Of a stretch of 64,000 bases of DNA, positions 52,857-64,000 are shown one piece after another (position 1 is the stretch's first letter; each line of letters opens with the position of its first letter). A model generated the notes under the pieces. The model was not told where the DNA came from and ran no database searches. It was given only the letters and a program-made list of their open reading frames with translations. Both the position numbers and the translations under genes were made by a program. Origin of the DNA: Takakia lepidozioides. Lineage: Eukaryota > Plantae > Bryophyta. The stretch covers positions 34,534,001 to 34,598,000 of the forward strand of contig CM060731.1 in assembly GCA_030704615.1 (NCBI GenBank), read 5' to 3'.

Positions 52857-53684
52857 ATTCCTTCCTATTAGGATGACACCAGTTGAAATTACTGGGAGCC
52901 CTTAGTTTATCCCCACTTGTTATTTATTTGAGGTCCCTTTTTGCACACGTCCAGGTGCACAAAGAACGGGACATCTTTGGGGCTCTGTAGACGCGCGCAA
53001 CTAGACATGGTTCTACCTCATTCATTCATACTGTCACATAGTGAAAAGATTGCTGTGGTGGCAGTTTGTGTAGTGTTTACATAATGTGTTAGGTTATCAT
53101 GGAGATCACATTTACAATTTGTATATATATACTTGTTGAGGGATAGCTTACAAGTTGACGGAGAAGAATAGTCTAGCAGTATAGAAGAAGGTTTACCAGT
53201 CTGTAGATATATGTTGACGTTATCACATGTATGTTAAACTATGTTCCAGCTACATTTGTTTTTTTTAATTCCATGTTTGTATACAAGCTTGGCTCTGAAA
53301 TGACTCTTTCATTTCTGGTTTTGTGGATGTTATTGTACTCAGTATCAAGAGACTGTAGAAGTTGGTGAGGGTCATGTGAGTTCTCCTGGTAAAAGCTGCT
53401 TTGAAATGTCCCATTCTTCATCTGATTATTTTTGGCAGGTGGGATCCAATGTCTGAAAGATATGCATGATGTTTTGAGAACTGTGAATAGAATGCTGTTG
53501 AAGACGGACCCAACACCCACTAAAGAGTCACTAACCTCTGATTCCCAAGGCCTGCCACTGAAGGTGACCAGCAATCCCAGAATAAGAGGTGCAAGGAGAA
53601 GTTGAAGCTTCTTGTGGGGGTTGCGACAATACCCATGATAACACCACCAATTGAAGTCAACATTTTCTACCATCTCTTACAGTA

Positions 53685-53847
53685 CAACCGGGTCGATTTA
53701 TTGTTGGCATCTTGCCCCAACAACTTGAGGAGCGTCCATCCCAATTCGGCAAAGCCAAGTCCCCCCAACCGGGTCGATTTATTGTTGGCATCTTGCCCCA
53801 ACAACTTGAGGAGCGTCCATCCCAATTCAGCAAAGCCAAGTCCCCCC
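53685..53847. repeat. Near-perfect tandem duplication 2 x 81 bp just downstream of the decarboxylase stop codon
   Basis: CAACCGGGTCGATTTATTGTTGGCATC...GCCAAGTCCCCC at 53685 and 53766, with one mismatch. Confidence 0.95.
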
Positions 53848-53928
53848 ACAGCTCACAGGTGAACGACATACCACAACCTCCAAAATGACCTAAAAGTGAC
53901 CTCCACTGCAATGGAACTGCCGCAATCA

Positions 53929-55284
53929 CTAGTGTCCAGTGGTAGTTTTATGAGTTCTGGTGTATACTGGGAAGACATAGGTGACAAAGCAAAGGGATGC
54001 TAACACAGAGCCAAAGCTCTTGTCGATTTCACCCTCCTGAATTATGTAATCCTCCTCAAAGATTTCATAGTCCTTGGAGTCAAAGCGCCTCTCAAAAATT
54101 CCAGTCAAATCCTTTCTCAGAATGTTTCTGGCAGTATCCTCACTCCCATGCCCAGAGTATTCCGCAGCATATCCACCAATGTGGAACTTGTCTTTCTTCT
54201 TCCGGATCTAGCACCCCAGTCAACAAGCAGCCTCCCAGATTCATGTTCTGTTGATGTTACGCAGTATCATCCCCAACAGGATCAAGCAACTGTGTGATTG
54301 TCTAGCCAAGTGACCACTGATCCCTAGTGCAAAGACAAGCTGCATCATTAGCAGAGACTTTGATTAAATCTAAGACATTCTACAGTGCAGAGTTGGCAGT
54401 GCAAGGTCAAAAGACAAGCACCTGCATGCGGCCCACACCAGCAGTAATGCGGTCGCCCTTCACACCATGCATGGTAGCCATTATGGATTCCATGACAGCA
54501 CCATGTCTCAGAAATGGCTTCGCCTCCTCCAGTGTAAGTGCTTCGGACTCTGGTGGTATCACTGAACTGTACTTTACAATGTTCAGATCTTGGATACCTG
54601 ATTGAGAGAGAAACATGTTAATCTCTCAGTTCTTGCATAAAAGCTGCAGAAAAAGTTCAAACATAGAATCAGGAGTACTGCCTCCAATTACTTGAATGGC
54701 CTTCGCAGCACAGTCACTTAATGTACATTGCAGAGGGGGTGTAGTGTGGAAGACATACCCGCATCCTCTAAAGCCAGGTCGTAGGAACCAGTCTCCCATG
54801 GGTCGGACCCTTCGCCCTGGTCAGTCTCCCCATAGCCCTTTACCATGAAATAGTGCTTGGGGATGCGAGTCCCCAACAGAGTACCGTAGCCACCCAACAC
54901 GAGGGGATTCTGCTGCAGATGAAGAATGTCATCGGTATCGTTTTGGTTAGCATATTGTTTGAGGCCGACCTTCTGGGGCAGCTTGGGCACACCTCCATTT
55001 GGGTGGTGCGTAGTGTGTGATCTGGCTATTTTGGTTTCTTTTGTACGCGCGCACCGCAACGCAAGTCTATTATCACTAGACTCCCGGCAAATATTATTTG
55101 GTGCAGCATTGAACTGATCAACTAGTTTGGTAAACCCTGCTACACGCCCGGTAAAGGAAAGACCTTTGGTGGGCCTGCCATTTTCAAACTTTTGAGCTCT
55201 GCAATTCCCCGACGTGATGCATGCACTGGCGGGTGTATGAGATCCTAGCCTGTGGGTCAGTCCTGTTGCCTGCGTTGCTTCCAT
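53929..55284 (-). CDS. pdaD: Pyruvoyl-dependent arginine decarboxylase proenzyme (PvlArgDC; AaxB/PdaD-like) with plastid-transit-like leader; exons 55284-54759, 54597-54422, 54207-53929; 326 aa
   Basis: Spliced core GTRIPKHYFMVKGYGETDQG...PWETGSYDLALEDAGIQDLNIVKYSSVIPP...FLRHGAVMESIMA...ITAGVGRMQIRKKKDKFHIGGYAAEYSG...FGSVLASLCFVTY; collinear with the recalled AaxB pattern GTRYP...GESDDG...PFETFCYDSAL..AKIENFNIVPYTSVLP...HGAVLEVIMA...IGGWAAEY. Exon lengths 526+176+279 = 981 nt, in frame. Confidence 0.88.
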
Positions 55285-55849
55285 ATCTCCGCACCAAAAA
55301 GACGGGGGGAGAGTTGATCAACGAAATGATCAAAAACTCCAACAGTTGCAAGCCTTCCACCAACGCGACAAATTACAAGTGCCTGGAATGAAGGACCGTG
55401 CTTTGAACACCAGGTGGCTGGCTTGGATGCAGTTATGCCTGACGGGTGTCAAGCCAAGATCTGCGTTGTGGGCTTGTTACTTGTGAGATTGCCATGTGCC
55501 AAATTATGCTTCGAATCTGCTCTGCTCCATGCAGGTTTTACTTTCACAACCTGAAGGTAACCAGAACTATGTACTTCTCACTGTATGATTTTACAAGTCA
55601 ACATGTAATGTTAGCCAATGTTGAATTATGTGCTTGGTAAGTACTTTTAGTGTTAAGTTAAACATCTGTAAAATGAGATTGTAATGAAGACAATGGCATC
55701 ATCATTTGAGAGCAGCAGATATGCATTATCCGATATGTAACAACAGCCTTCAATGTTCAAGGCTTTAAATATACATAACATGAGTTGACGAAAGATGCCC
55801 TGACCAATTACAAACTAAACTGGCTTCTTTTTCTTTTTCTTTGCAGACA

Positions 55850-57830
55850 AAGCTCCCAAGCCGAGTGACTTCCACCGGGTTTTAGCAATGCCTTGACAAT
55901 CTCTGCCAAGGCCCTTGCCTTCCACAAAACCCATCTTCGCCATCATGCGCGATCCAAAACGGCCTCAAACGTCCCGAAAGCAGCAGGGCCCACTGGCATC
56001 ACCTGCATTTGGTGTGAACTTGCAGCCCCACTCCTTGAGCTTTCCCCTCTTTCAGTCACGCTGGAAGCTAAGTTACTCTCAAGGCCTAGGCCTGCAGTCC
56101 CTCCCAACACAGCTGAGGAGCTATTTTCCTCTTCTGCCCCAACGATTCCACTTGAAACAAAAGACATCAGATTACTCGCATACTTTACCTTCCCTTGGCT
56201 GCTGGTAACACGGCCCTTGTCAGCACTTTTCGGTTCACGACCTGCATAGGAAAGGATAGCAAATGAGAAAAGCGAAAGAAAAGCAAAAAGCGGGCTTTTT
56301 CAAAAGCTCTTGCCAATCCAAGCCTCATCTCAAAAGCTCAACTGCCTCTTCATGAGAAGGTTGATCACCTGATGGCATTCTCCTGGACTTCAGCTGTGGC
56401 AAGGATCCATGAGTTGGACTGGACTTATGTTTACGCCCTCCGCGCTTATGTGAAGTTGCCTGCAAGCTTTGACAGGGTTGCAGTGTGACATGGCTGACGT
56501 TTTTTGCCATAGGATGCTCTTCACCTGTTACGAACTTGCTGATAGGAATCGACCGGGCAGCTCTCCCCACATGTTGCCCTGGGACCTACACAAAGAGAGC
56601 ATGGATTACAGCCTACCATCTGTGCTACCTCAAAACCGTAAACCACGAGTCTTCAGGTTGACAGAGATCAATGTCAGTACCGGCAGGTAATAGAGACTCA
56701 AGCTTAAATTAGTACACATCTGTAAAGCGGCTTGAAAACTTGCTAGGATCTCAAGTGCGTGCAGTTGCTACCCCAACTTTCTGTGGAGACCTGGCCGCTC
56801 CTATGTAGCCGTGTCTAGGATTGAATAATTTGCCAAGGCTGGTCAGGGACACTTGTGGATTCCCCAACTTAAAAGTCTTGCAGGCTATTATTGTTGTTTC
56901 GAGCTGGGAATCTCACCTGTGCCCGGTCATAGTTTTGATTCATGGGCTCAACAGCATAGATGCCCGAATGCTTCAACACCAATGCGTCCAGCCTCTGTTT
57001 CCCAGGAATCACTCCATCCAGGTGAGTTCGGCCCAGCCAGTACATTGAGTCATGGCATGAGTGGCGACTGGACATATTTACTTCTCAACCGAATGCAATG
57101 CACATAATGTCACAAAATTCTGAATATGTCGGTCTTGAATGAGGATGCGACTGGTCACGTAGAAGGTCTTTACCGCATTAATGTCGGCAAGGTCAAAGCC
57201 AAGCCGTAGCGCTTGTTCGTTCCGCTGCTGTTTCTTTTGCCCTGCATGACTCCACCTTGCTGTGAGTACCTGCATGATCCATCGACATCTCATGTGCAGA
57301 GCAATTCCTTAGACTCTGATCAGATCTACTAGCTGGCCTGCTTAAGCTCAAGTCAAGTGCAAACAAGTTGTGGATTGAAAGATCTGAGCCAAGGTTTGCA
57401 CACAATCTTAGTGTGCACCTCAATTGTCGTAAATAGGTACTATTGCATAAGATCATGCCTAGTACGTGTACAACATGATTAACTCTGGGGACCAGGTTTT
57501 CAGAAGTGCAGTGAAGCTCAGTCCACAGCGCGCTCTGGAGTTGAATAATCTGCGAAAAATCTGCACCGAAAATCCATTTGAGCGGACAACACTGCATTTT
57601 TCAGTCATTGGACTGCAAAACAAAAAGGAAAAGGCAGTGAACCTTGGAGCTCTGCAACGTACCAGGCATGGTTTTGGAAATTTTCTGGGTCTTGCTGGTA
57701 CTGATGGGCCCTTTCTTGGAATATGTCTGTGACCCCTTGCTTGCTATTTTTCTTCTATTTGCTGCAGCAGGCGTCTTTGGACTCGGGCCTGCGTGTTTTG
57801 CATGTCCGAGGTCATAATGGTTACAACGGC
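55850..57830 (-). pseudogene. Probable decayed multi-exon gene of unknown family
   Basis: Protein-like segments bounded by splice signals (acceptors ~57269, ~56584, ~56241; donor ~56916 joining DRAQ|VPGQHVG in frame), interrupted by a frame change near 57078 and stops at 56325 and 55943. Confidence 0.35.
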
Positions 57831-59899
57831 AATGACCCGGGCTCTAAGGGAAGATGTCTCTCACACCAATGTATGCACTTGGTCAAGTAACCCCCTGCCA
57901 CTACTGCAACATGAGGAGACTTGTAATTAACATCTCAAAGTTTGACCCTCACTGCCACAATTGATGCCCTACGTGTCCGCGAGTCTAAATTACATTCCTA
58001 CATCTCATCGGGCAGATTGATGTCCTAGAGAAAAATAGATGCTGATCAAAGACCCGTGCAGCACGAAAGCCAATTAGGGGATAAATGGGGAAGGGAGTCT
58101 AAGCGGCGCTAGGCTCGATCAGACTCGTGATCTCGAACGGGAGAGCAAAGGACAGGGTACCCAGATCGACTGGGCAAGAGAGACAGCCTCACTACCGACA
58201 CAATCCTTGCGGAGATCAGCCCACACTACTGATCAGCCGCCAAGAGATATATTCAATATAAGTGCATTCAAATATTCACCTGTTGGACGGTCTGGGGTTC
58301 AATCCCCTGTTGGGTCATCGGCCTTAGGGTCTGGGGGCTTAAAGCTTCATATGAAATAGTTAGACTTATGGCACTCGCAAGCTTCTTTTTTCCTTAAATT
58401 CCAACGTGAAACTAAACTGCGAAGGGCAGGGGCTGAGCTTCGCAAGCTCTGAAATCGTTGAATCTCATGTAGGTTCGCGAGTCTCTTTCATGCAAGCCAA
58501 CGAACCTCGTCCTGAAAACCAAGCAGCCCTGGAGCTGATATTACTGTCTGCTAAAAGGAAGACAAAGGATTACCGAGCACACTTAACCGTTTAGGGGAAC
58601 GTCTCTGAAAGCAGAAATCTAGCACGTACGCCTAAGCAGCTCAAAGTTTAAATGAGCCTTGGTACTTTTAGAATTTATGTTTTTACGATGACGCCTTGAA
58701 TTTATATGTGATCAGCTGGGGAAAGCCGCATGTTGGGCGAGCTGTCAGCATCTAGCTGGGAGGCCATCAAATCTTGTACTGTAAGGAATTCCCCTCCAAA
58801 CCCAAGAGAAGTCGAAATCCTTGAGGAGGTGGGAAACTCTATCCTCAGAGTGCTCATGAATCACTGTATACTTAGCTGTAGACAAAGAATCCCAAGTATT
58901 ACATGCATGGCATTCCATTAATATATCCCAAAAGCTTCTGTGAAGCACCCTAGAAGGCAGGGAATTTTGTTATCTTGATTAATATATTTAGAGCTTCCAA
59001 ACATGCCAAAGAGAGAGCGAAGGCAAGCCCACAGAGGGGAAGTCACGCAATTCAACAGAATTTCGACCTTCCTGCACGATCAACCACTTTCCAAGAAGCA
59101 TATAAGTGGCGAGATTTGGAGTAACTAGTACCAGACTGCAGCTGCAAAGAAACAAGCAAACAGAGAGTGTTCAATAGAGTCTTGAAATAGAATCATAAAG
59201 CAGATTGGAGGGTAAAGGAGGCCCCCACTGGTCAGGACTAGTAAATCCCAATTGGACAACGGGGAAATATGATGTTGAATGCCATAATTTTTTTGTTCCA
59301 TTTATCATGAGTCATCGAAAAGGATGGGTTCATAAGGGAGAGAGCACTAAGCAAACAACAGATGAGGGCGGGGCATTAAAGGATTGATTTAAATTCCCCA
59401 GAGATCTGATCCAACACTTGAATATCAAAGAGGTCCACCAAGGCCACCGAAACTTGATTGCCTAGGACCAGAAAACCAGGTCTGCCATCCACCTCAAAAA
59501 GCCACCCCGAACGTTAGCAAATCCGTTCAAAGATTTCCTGACTGGGATTTTTCCTGCCTTTCCGGGAATCAGAAAGGGCCACTGCCTGAATACCCTGGAT
59601 CCAGTTTTGGGGAATGGTGAAAGTTGTTCTTGCAGATGATCCTCAGATGATCTAACAAGCAGAGTCAGGTCTTCTGAAAGAGCCAACCAGACCAGCAACT
59701 ACAGACTAATCCAAAATGCAATTCAAGTCAAGATGGCCCGCCTTTGCATCTCGGATGTGCAGATCGAAAGTCTTTGCGAGTTATTGGGGATTATTGGAGG
59801 GAAATGTTTTTAGAACCCTGTCTTGAGCTGGCCCAACGAAGTTGTCTTAACTTACTACTAAGGATCATGCTGCTATTCAGCAAAATCAGAACACAGCAT

Positions 59900-61820
59900 C
59901 AATATATGAATTAAGACGATTTGTTTGTTTGTTTTGTCAAGTTGAGATGTCCCACGTTGAGATGTCCCAAACCGCTAGGCCCCAGCTCTGGTTCTTGGTA
60001 TCGTTGAAAGCCCTCAACGAGGAGGGGTGGAGGGGTGCAATGGGCTTGGTCTCACGATTTTTGGACATGCGGTGTGGGAGATACGGAATTCCAAGTACTT
60101 TGGTCTAGTTGGAAATTCACAAAAAATAGAAAAAATGGCAAAGTGGGCTTTCCAGGAGCCTCGATGAGAGATATATCAATAATGAATGGATATATTACTA
60201 CTCAATAAATTAATGAAAAAATAAAATGGGCCTTGACATAGGAGACGCGCTTGGATACATATAAGATTGCACTTGGGCAAGTTACATGATAGTGGATACT
60301 TGGGGCTCTACATGGGAGATGCACTTGGATAAGTAAATAGAAGATTGCACTTGGGCTTAGATGGGGCTCTACCTACATGGGAGAGGCACTTGGATCCTAG
60401 GAAATTGCACATTGACTTAGATTTCAATTCTTCACACATGGCCCAACGGCATAGGCTGTAGCACTTGGGCCTCGACATATATTGCATTGGGATACAATAT
60501 AAGAAATTGCACTTGGTCTTAGATTTTACTCTTCATACATGGGCCAAAGGCACATGCCACACTTGGGCCTCAACATAAGAGACGCACTCGGATGTATATA
60601 GAAGATCTTACACTTGGACACTTGGGCCAACGACACAGGCTACCCTATCAATATATGAATCGAGATGTTTGTTTTGTTTTGTAGCGTTGAGATGTCCCAA
60701 ACTGTGAGGCCCAACGCTCGTGCTTGGTCCCTGGTACCGTTGGAAAGCCCTCAACAAGGAGGGGTGCATGGGCTTGGTCTCACGATTTTTGGACATGCGG
60801 TGTGGGAGATGTGGAATTTCGAAAAATTGCAAAGTGGGCATTACTGGGACAATGGTTGGAGCCTCGATAGGAGAGTTATCAAGGGAAAGGTCTTCAGTTC
60901 AAATCTGGTCGTGGGCTATGTGGAAAAAAAATGCATTTGACACTTGGGCCAATGGCACAGGCTACCCTAGAAACGGGAGATATATCAATAATGATTGGAT
61001 ATTATTACTCAATAAATTCATGAAAAAAAAAATGGGGCCTTGACATGGGAGACGTACTTGGATACATAGGAGATTGCACAATGGGCTTAGATGGGCCTCG
61101 ACATAGGAGACACACATGAGAGATGCCCTTGGATACATAGGATATCGCACTTGGGTTTAGATGACAACGGACACTTGGGCCTCTACATGGGAGATGCACT
61201 TGGATACATAGAAGATTGCACTTCGGCTTAGATGGGTCTCGACATAGGAGACGCATAGGGATACATAGGAAATTACACTTGGTCTTAGATTTCAATTTTT
61301 CACACATGGGCCAACGGCATAGGCTACCTAGAGGTCGTACTTGGGCCTAGACATGGGAGGCGTACGTGGATACATAGGAGATTGCACTTGGACATAGCAA
61401 ACGCACTTGGATACATAGGATATCGTGGACCTAAGCATCGTGCCACAACATACATCGCTGTCCAACCACACTTCCTATCATATAATCCTAGAAAGCAATG
61501 CCACAATGTCTTCTTCCAGTGATACGGAAATGGTGAAAAGAGGTGAACCCACTCTATCACGTTATATAAGTCAAGCCAATGGCACATTTGCTAAAAGACT
61601 CCACCATACAGACCTCACCCACACTCCATCTCCAGCACTGGAGCTATGGCGGCAAGAGAGGCCTCACGATGCCACATGGAACCAAATGAAGTCCCAATGC
61701 CAACAAAATACAAATAGAAATGTATAAAGTCATAATTAGCTAGAAATAACTATTTCTAACTAATCACAAACAAAACCATGACAAGGAGATTGCACTTGGG
61801 CCCACGACACATGCTACCCT
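59900..61820. repeat. Complex degenerate repeat: ~750-800 bp duplicated block containing many short CACTTGG / GGATACATAGGA / GATTGCACTTGGG subrepeats
   Basis: 59957-60090 matches 60688-60820; 60168-60290 matches 60976-61090; TTGGATACATAGGAGATTGCACTTGGG-like units recur throughout 60230-60630 and 61035-61425 and again at ~61785. Confidence 0.85.
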
Positions 61821-62203
61821 AGTTCTACCCTAATTTTTCTCTAATTTTAGTTCTTTTAGGTTTTGTCACTTTTATGTAAAGTTTATCTACTTATATTTTC
61901 TAGCGACGGTTGAAGATAGGAGCCTAGCTTAGTGTAGAGCGTGAATAGGGTGCCATAGTGCCACATCATCATTGTCGTCATGCCATATCGTCATTGTCAG
62001 CCACGTCATCATCATCAATTTTTTTTTAAAAACTTGCCCGAAAATGCCTGAGGTGTCTTGCAACGCGGGGAAGGGATGATGATGTCCTCGCATCCTTGAG
62101 TGCGGAGGGGTTTCACACACCAATCTCAGAGGAATATCCTACCTGGTGCAACGGCAACATTCTCGCTTACAGATGTGCAGTTGAATAAAAATCCAGGAGG
62201 TTT

Positions 62204-62480
62204 GTGGAACAGTTTCAATGTCTCAGGTCAGTGGATGATGCCGTTAAAAGCGAATCCTCGCTGAAGTGCACGCCGCCCAAGCAAGCAAGCAACCATAATA
62301 TTTCAACGTGGGAGCTCACTTTGAAGATTACACCACTTGGTTTTCTGTATTTTGCAGAAGGTCTGTATAATCCCAAGGATGGGAAAATGTATATGAAGGG
62401 TTGTCGACCAGTAGATGCCAATTGGACGTTGCTTCTCCAGCACAATATAGATTCTTTAGATGATGGGCTTGAATGTTCCC
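62204..62480 (+). pseudogene. Isolated DUF2921-family gene fragment
   Basis: LYFAEGLYNPKDGKMYMKGCRPVDANWTLL...SLDDGLEC matches the recalled plant DUF2921 motif LEGLYDP..GKMYLVGCRDV.A.W..L....LE.GLDC; ends abruptly at an (AAAT)n tract with no other exons nearby. Confidence 0.6.
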
Positions 62481-63648
62481 TTAATAAAATAAATAAATAA
62501 ATAAAGTGGACGCGTTGCCGAAGCAGGCGTCATTTATGGTGTCACTTGACCCCATATAGCTACTGCCTTCCGGTGGGAAGGTGGACACCGTAATGACTTC
62601 CAACAGGTGGATTGAACCCATAACCACTCGTGAGAGGGTATGTGCCCTTACCTGGGCTACATGCTGGTTGTCTTCCCTTGAAATTGTTTTGGAGTACCTT
62701 GCTAGGTGGTTGACTTCACAACAGGCGGAATGTGGCCAAAGCTGTCAAAACGCTCAACATTGTGCACGCGTATAACAAACCTTTCTGAAGCGTGACAAAA
62801 TCACGTTTCTCTATTTAGAATTCCACAAGACACCCATACATATTGTGAGGGTGTTAACCAGTGTTAGGAGGGTATTGGGTACCCAAAGGGTATCAACATA
62901 GGTATCAATGCGGTTATGTGGACCTGGACCCACAGGGTACATTGTTGGACAATACCAGGTTCATAGCCTACCTGCCGGTTAAGTGCTAAGTTCATATTGA
63001 TGCTCAGACCCGGACCCTTGGATAAGGCTCCAGTGATATTGATGTTGATATTTATGAGGGCTAAAAAAAACTAGATTTCCCACATATCAATATCAAGTGG
63101 CTGGATAGGTTACATTTTAGTTTTGATTCCCCATTGCTTCAAGGATTTAGCACCCCCTCAAAAACATATTAAACCGAACTAATACTTATACGTTGTCAAA
63201 CATTGCCCAAATTTACACACCGTACTTTAAGAAATACAAACTACTTAGAGTACTTAGGGCCCGGCCGCACGTGCCGGTTAGGTAACCGACGGTTAACCGG
63301 TCAGTTACATGACTGGCCTGATAGCTAATTAATCCCCAGCTGCACCTGCTGGTTAAGTTAACTGGTGCAACGTAGTTAACAAACCGTGCTGCTGCCCGAA
63401 TTCCTTTCCTGCCCGCACGATGGCATCGCCCTCTTCTCTCTCCCCGTGCGCATGAACTATGGTGTTGTACAATCTGGAAGAATCCTTTTTCTCTATTATC
63501 TGTGACTTTCATCTTGCAGGCATTGGGACGTCAAGAAGCAAGAGCCCCGCATATGATGGTCTGGAGCGTAGCCAAGTGTCTGTGGGATTGCAAAGAAATT
63601 ACAGAGAGGCTGCTTTGGCCTGCCAATTCTCCTTGTGTTGTATGAACA

Positions 63649-63839
63649 ATGCGGGTAAATGCCATGGCTGCTCAGTTGCACTCGGGAGTTTTCACTTCAC
63701 CAGAGTTCAGACTTGCGCAAGCAAAGGAGTCGCTTTGGATTGAAATTTCCCATTCTACTGGGATCTCGGAGGTCTCCATCTCTGAGCTTCAACTTCCTCT
63801 CGTGAGTCGTGATGCGGTGTCAGCTGAATTTAATTTAAT
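63649..63839 (+). other. Possible first coding exon of a gene that continues beyond the window
   Basis: ATG-initiated 64-aa ORF with a strong donor (AAT|GTAAGC) at 63840 and an upstream acceptor at ~63519; no recognisable domain. Confidence 0.25.
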
Positions 63840-64000
63840 GTAAGCCTTTTTCTTTTGCTGCATTTGTTATGGGGAAATTGCGTTGGAGGTGTGCTCTGCC
63901 GTCGCTTGGACTCTTTGTACGAATTGATTGGGCAGTTATCCTGAAACTATTCGGTGCAATTCAAGCAAGTCTGGTTGGAGGTAACTAGTTTTCTCAGATC

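Noticed and set aside
53602-53929. ORFs with repeated peptides (53602..53862, 53657..53929, 53667..53849)
   Set aside because: By-products of the 81-bp duplication in presumed UTR sequence.
53929-55284. Bacterial contamination as the source of the pyruvoyl decarboxylase
   Set aside because: The gene has two canonical spliceosomal introns and a eukaryotic-style leader, and is contiguous with plant genes such as NYC1.
58281-58300. tRNA T-arm / B-box-like GGGGTTCAATCCCC
   Set aside because: No A-box, D-arm or acceptor stem could be built; at most a SINE relic.

Overview
Eukaryotic nuclear DNA with GT-AG introns, from a land plant; gene content and style suggest a bryophyte or other non-seed plant (inference, species not determined). 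Nine recognisable genes: PLATZ transcription factor (-), exosome subunit CSL4 (+), intronless class-II DnaJ (-), P-type PPR protein (+), SMP/C2-domain NTMC2T5-like protein (-), DUF819 membrane protein (-), DUF1195 protein (-), chlorophyll b reductase NYC1 (+), and, most unusually, a three-exon gene (53929-55284, -) for a pyruvoyl-dependent arginine decarboxylase resembling chlamydial AaxB / archaeal PdaD, with a plastid-transit-like leader and an intact Ser-Ser self-cleavage site. Intergenic DNA holds a PIF/Harbinger-type foldback element, a hAT-type non-autonomous element carrying a captured UTP21/WDR36 exon fragment, a MULE-like long inverted repeat element whose core is also present 2.2 kb away, several tandem repeats, a DUF2921 gene fragment and a probable decayed gene. 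All family assignments come from recalled motifs, not from database searches.
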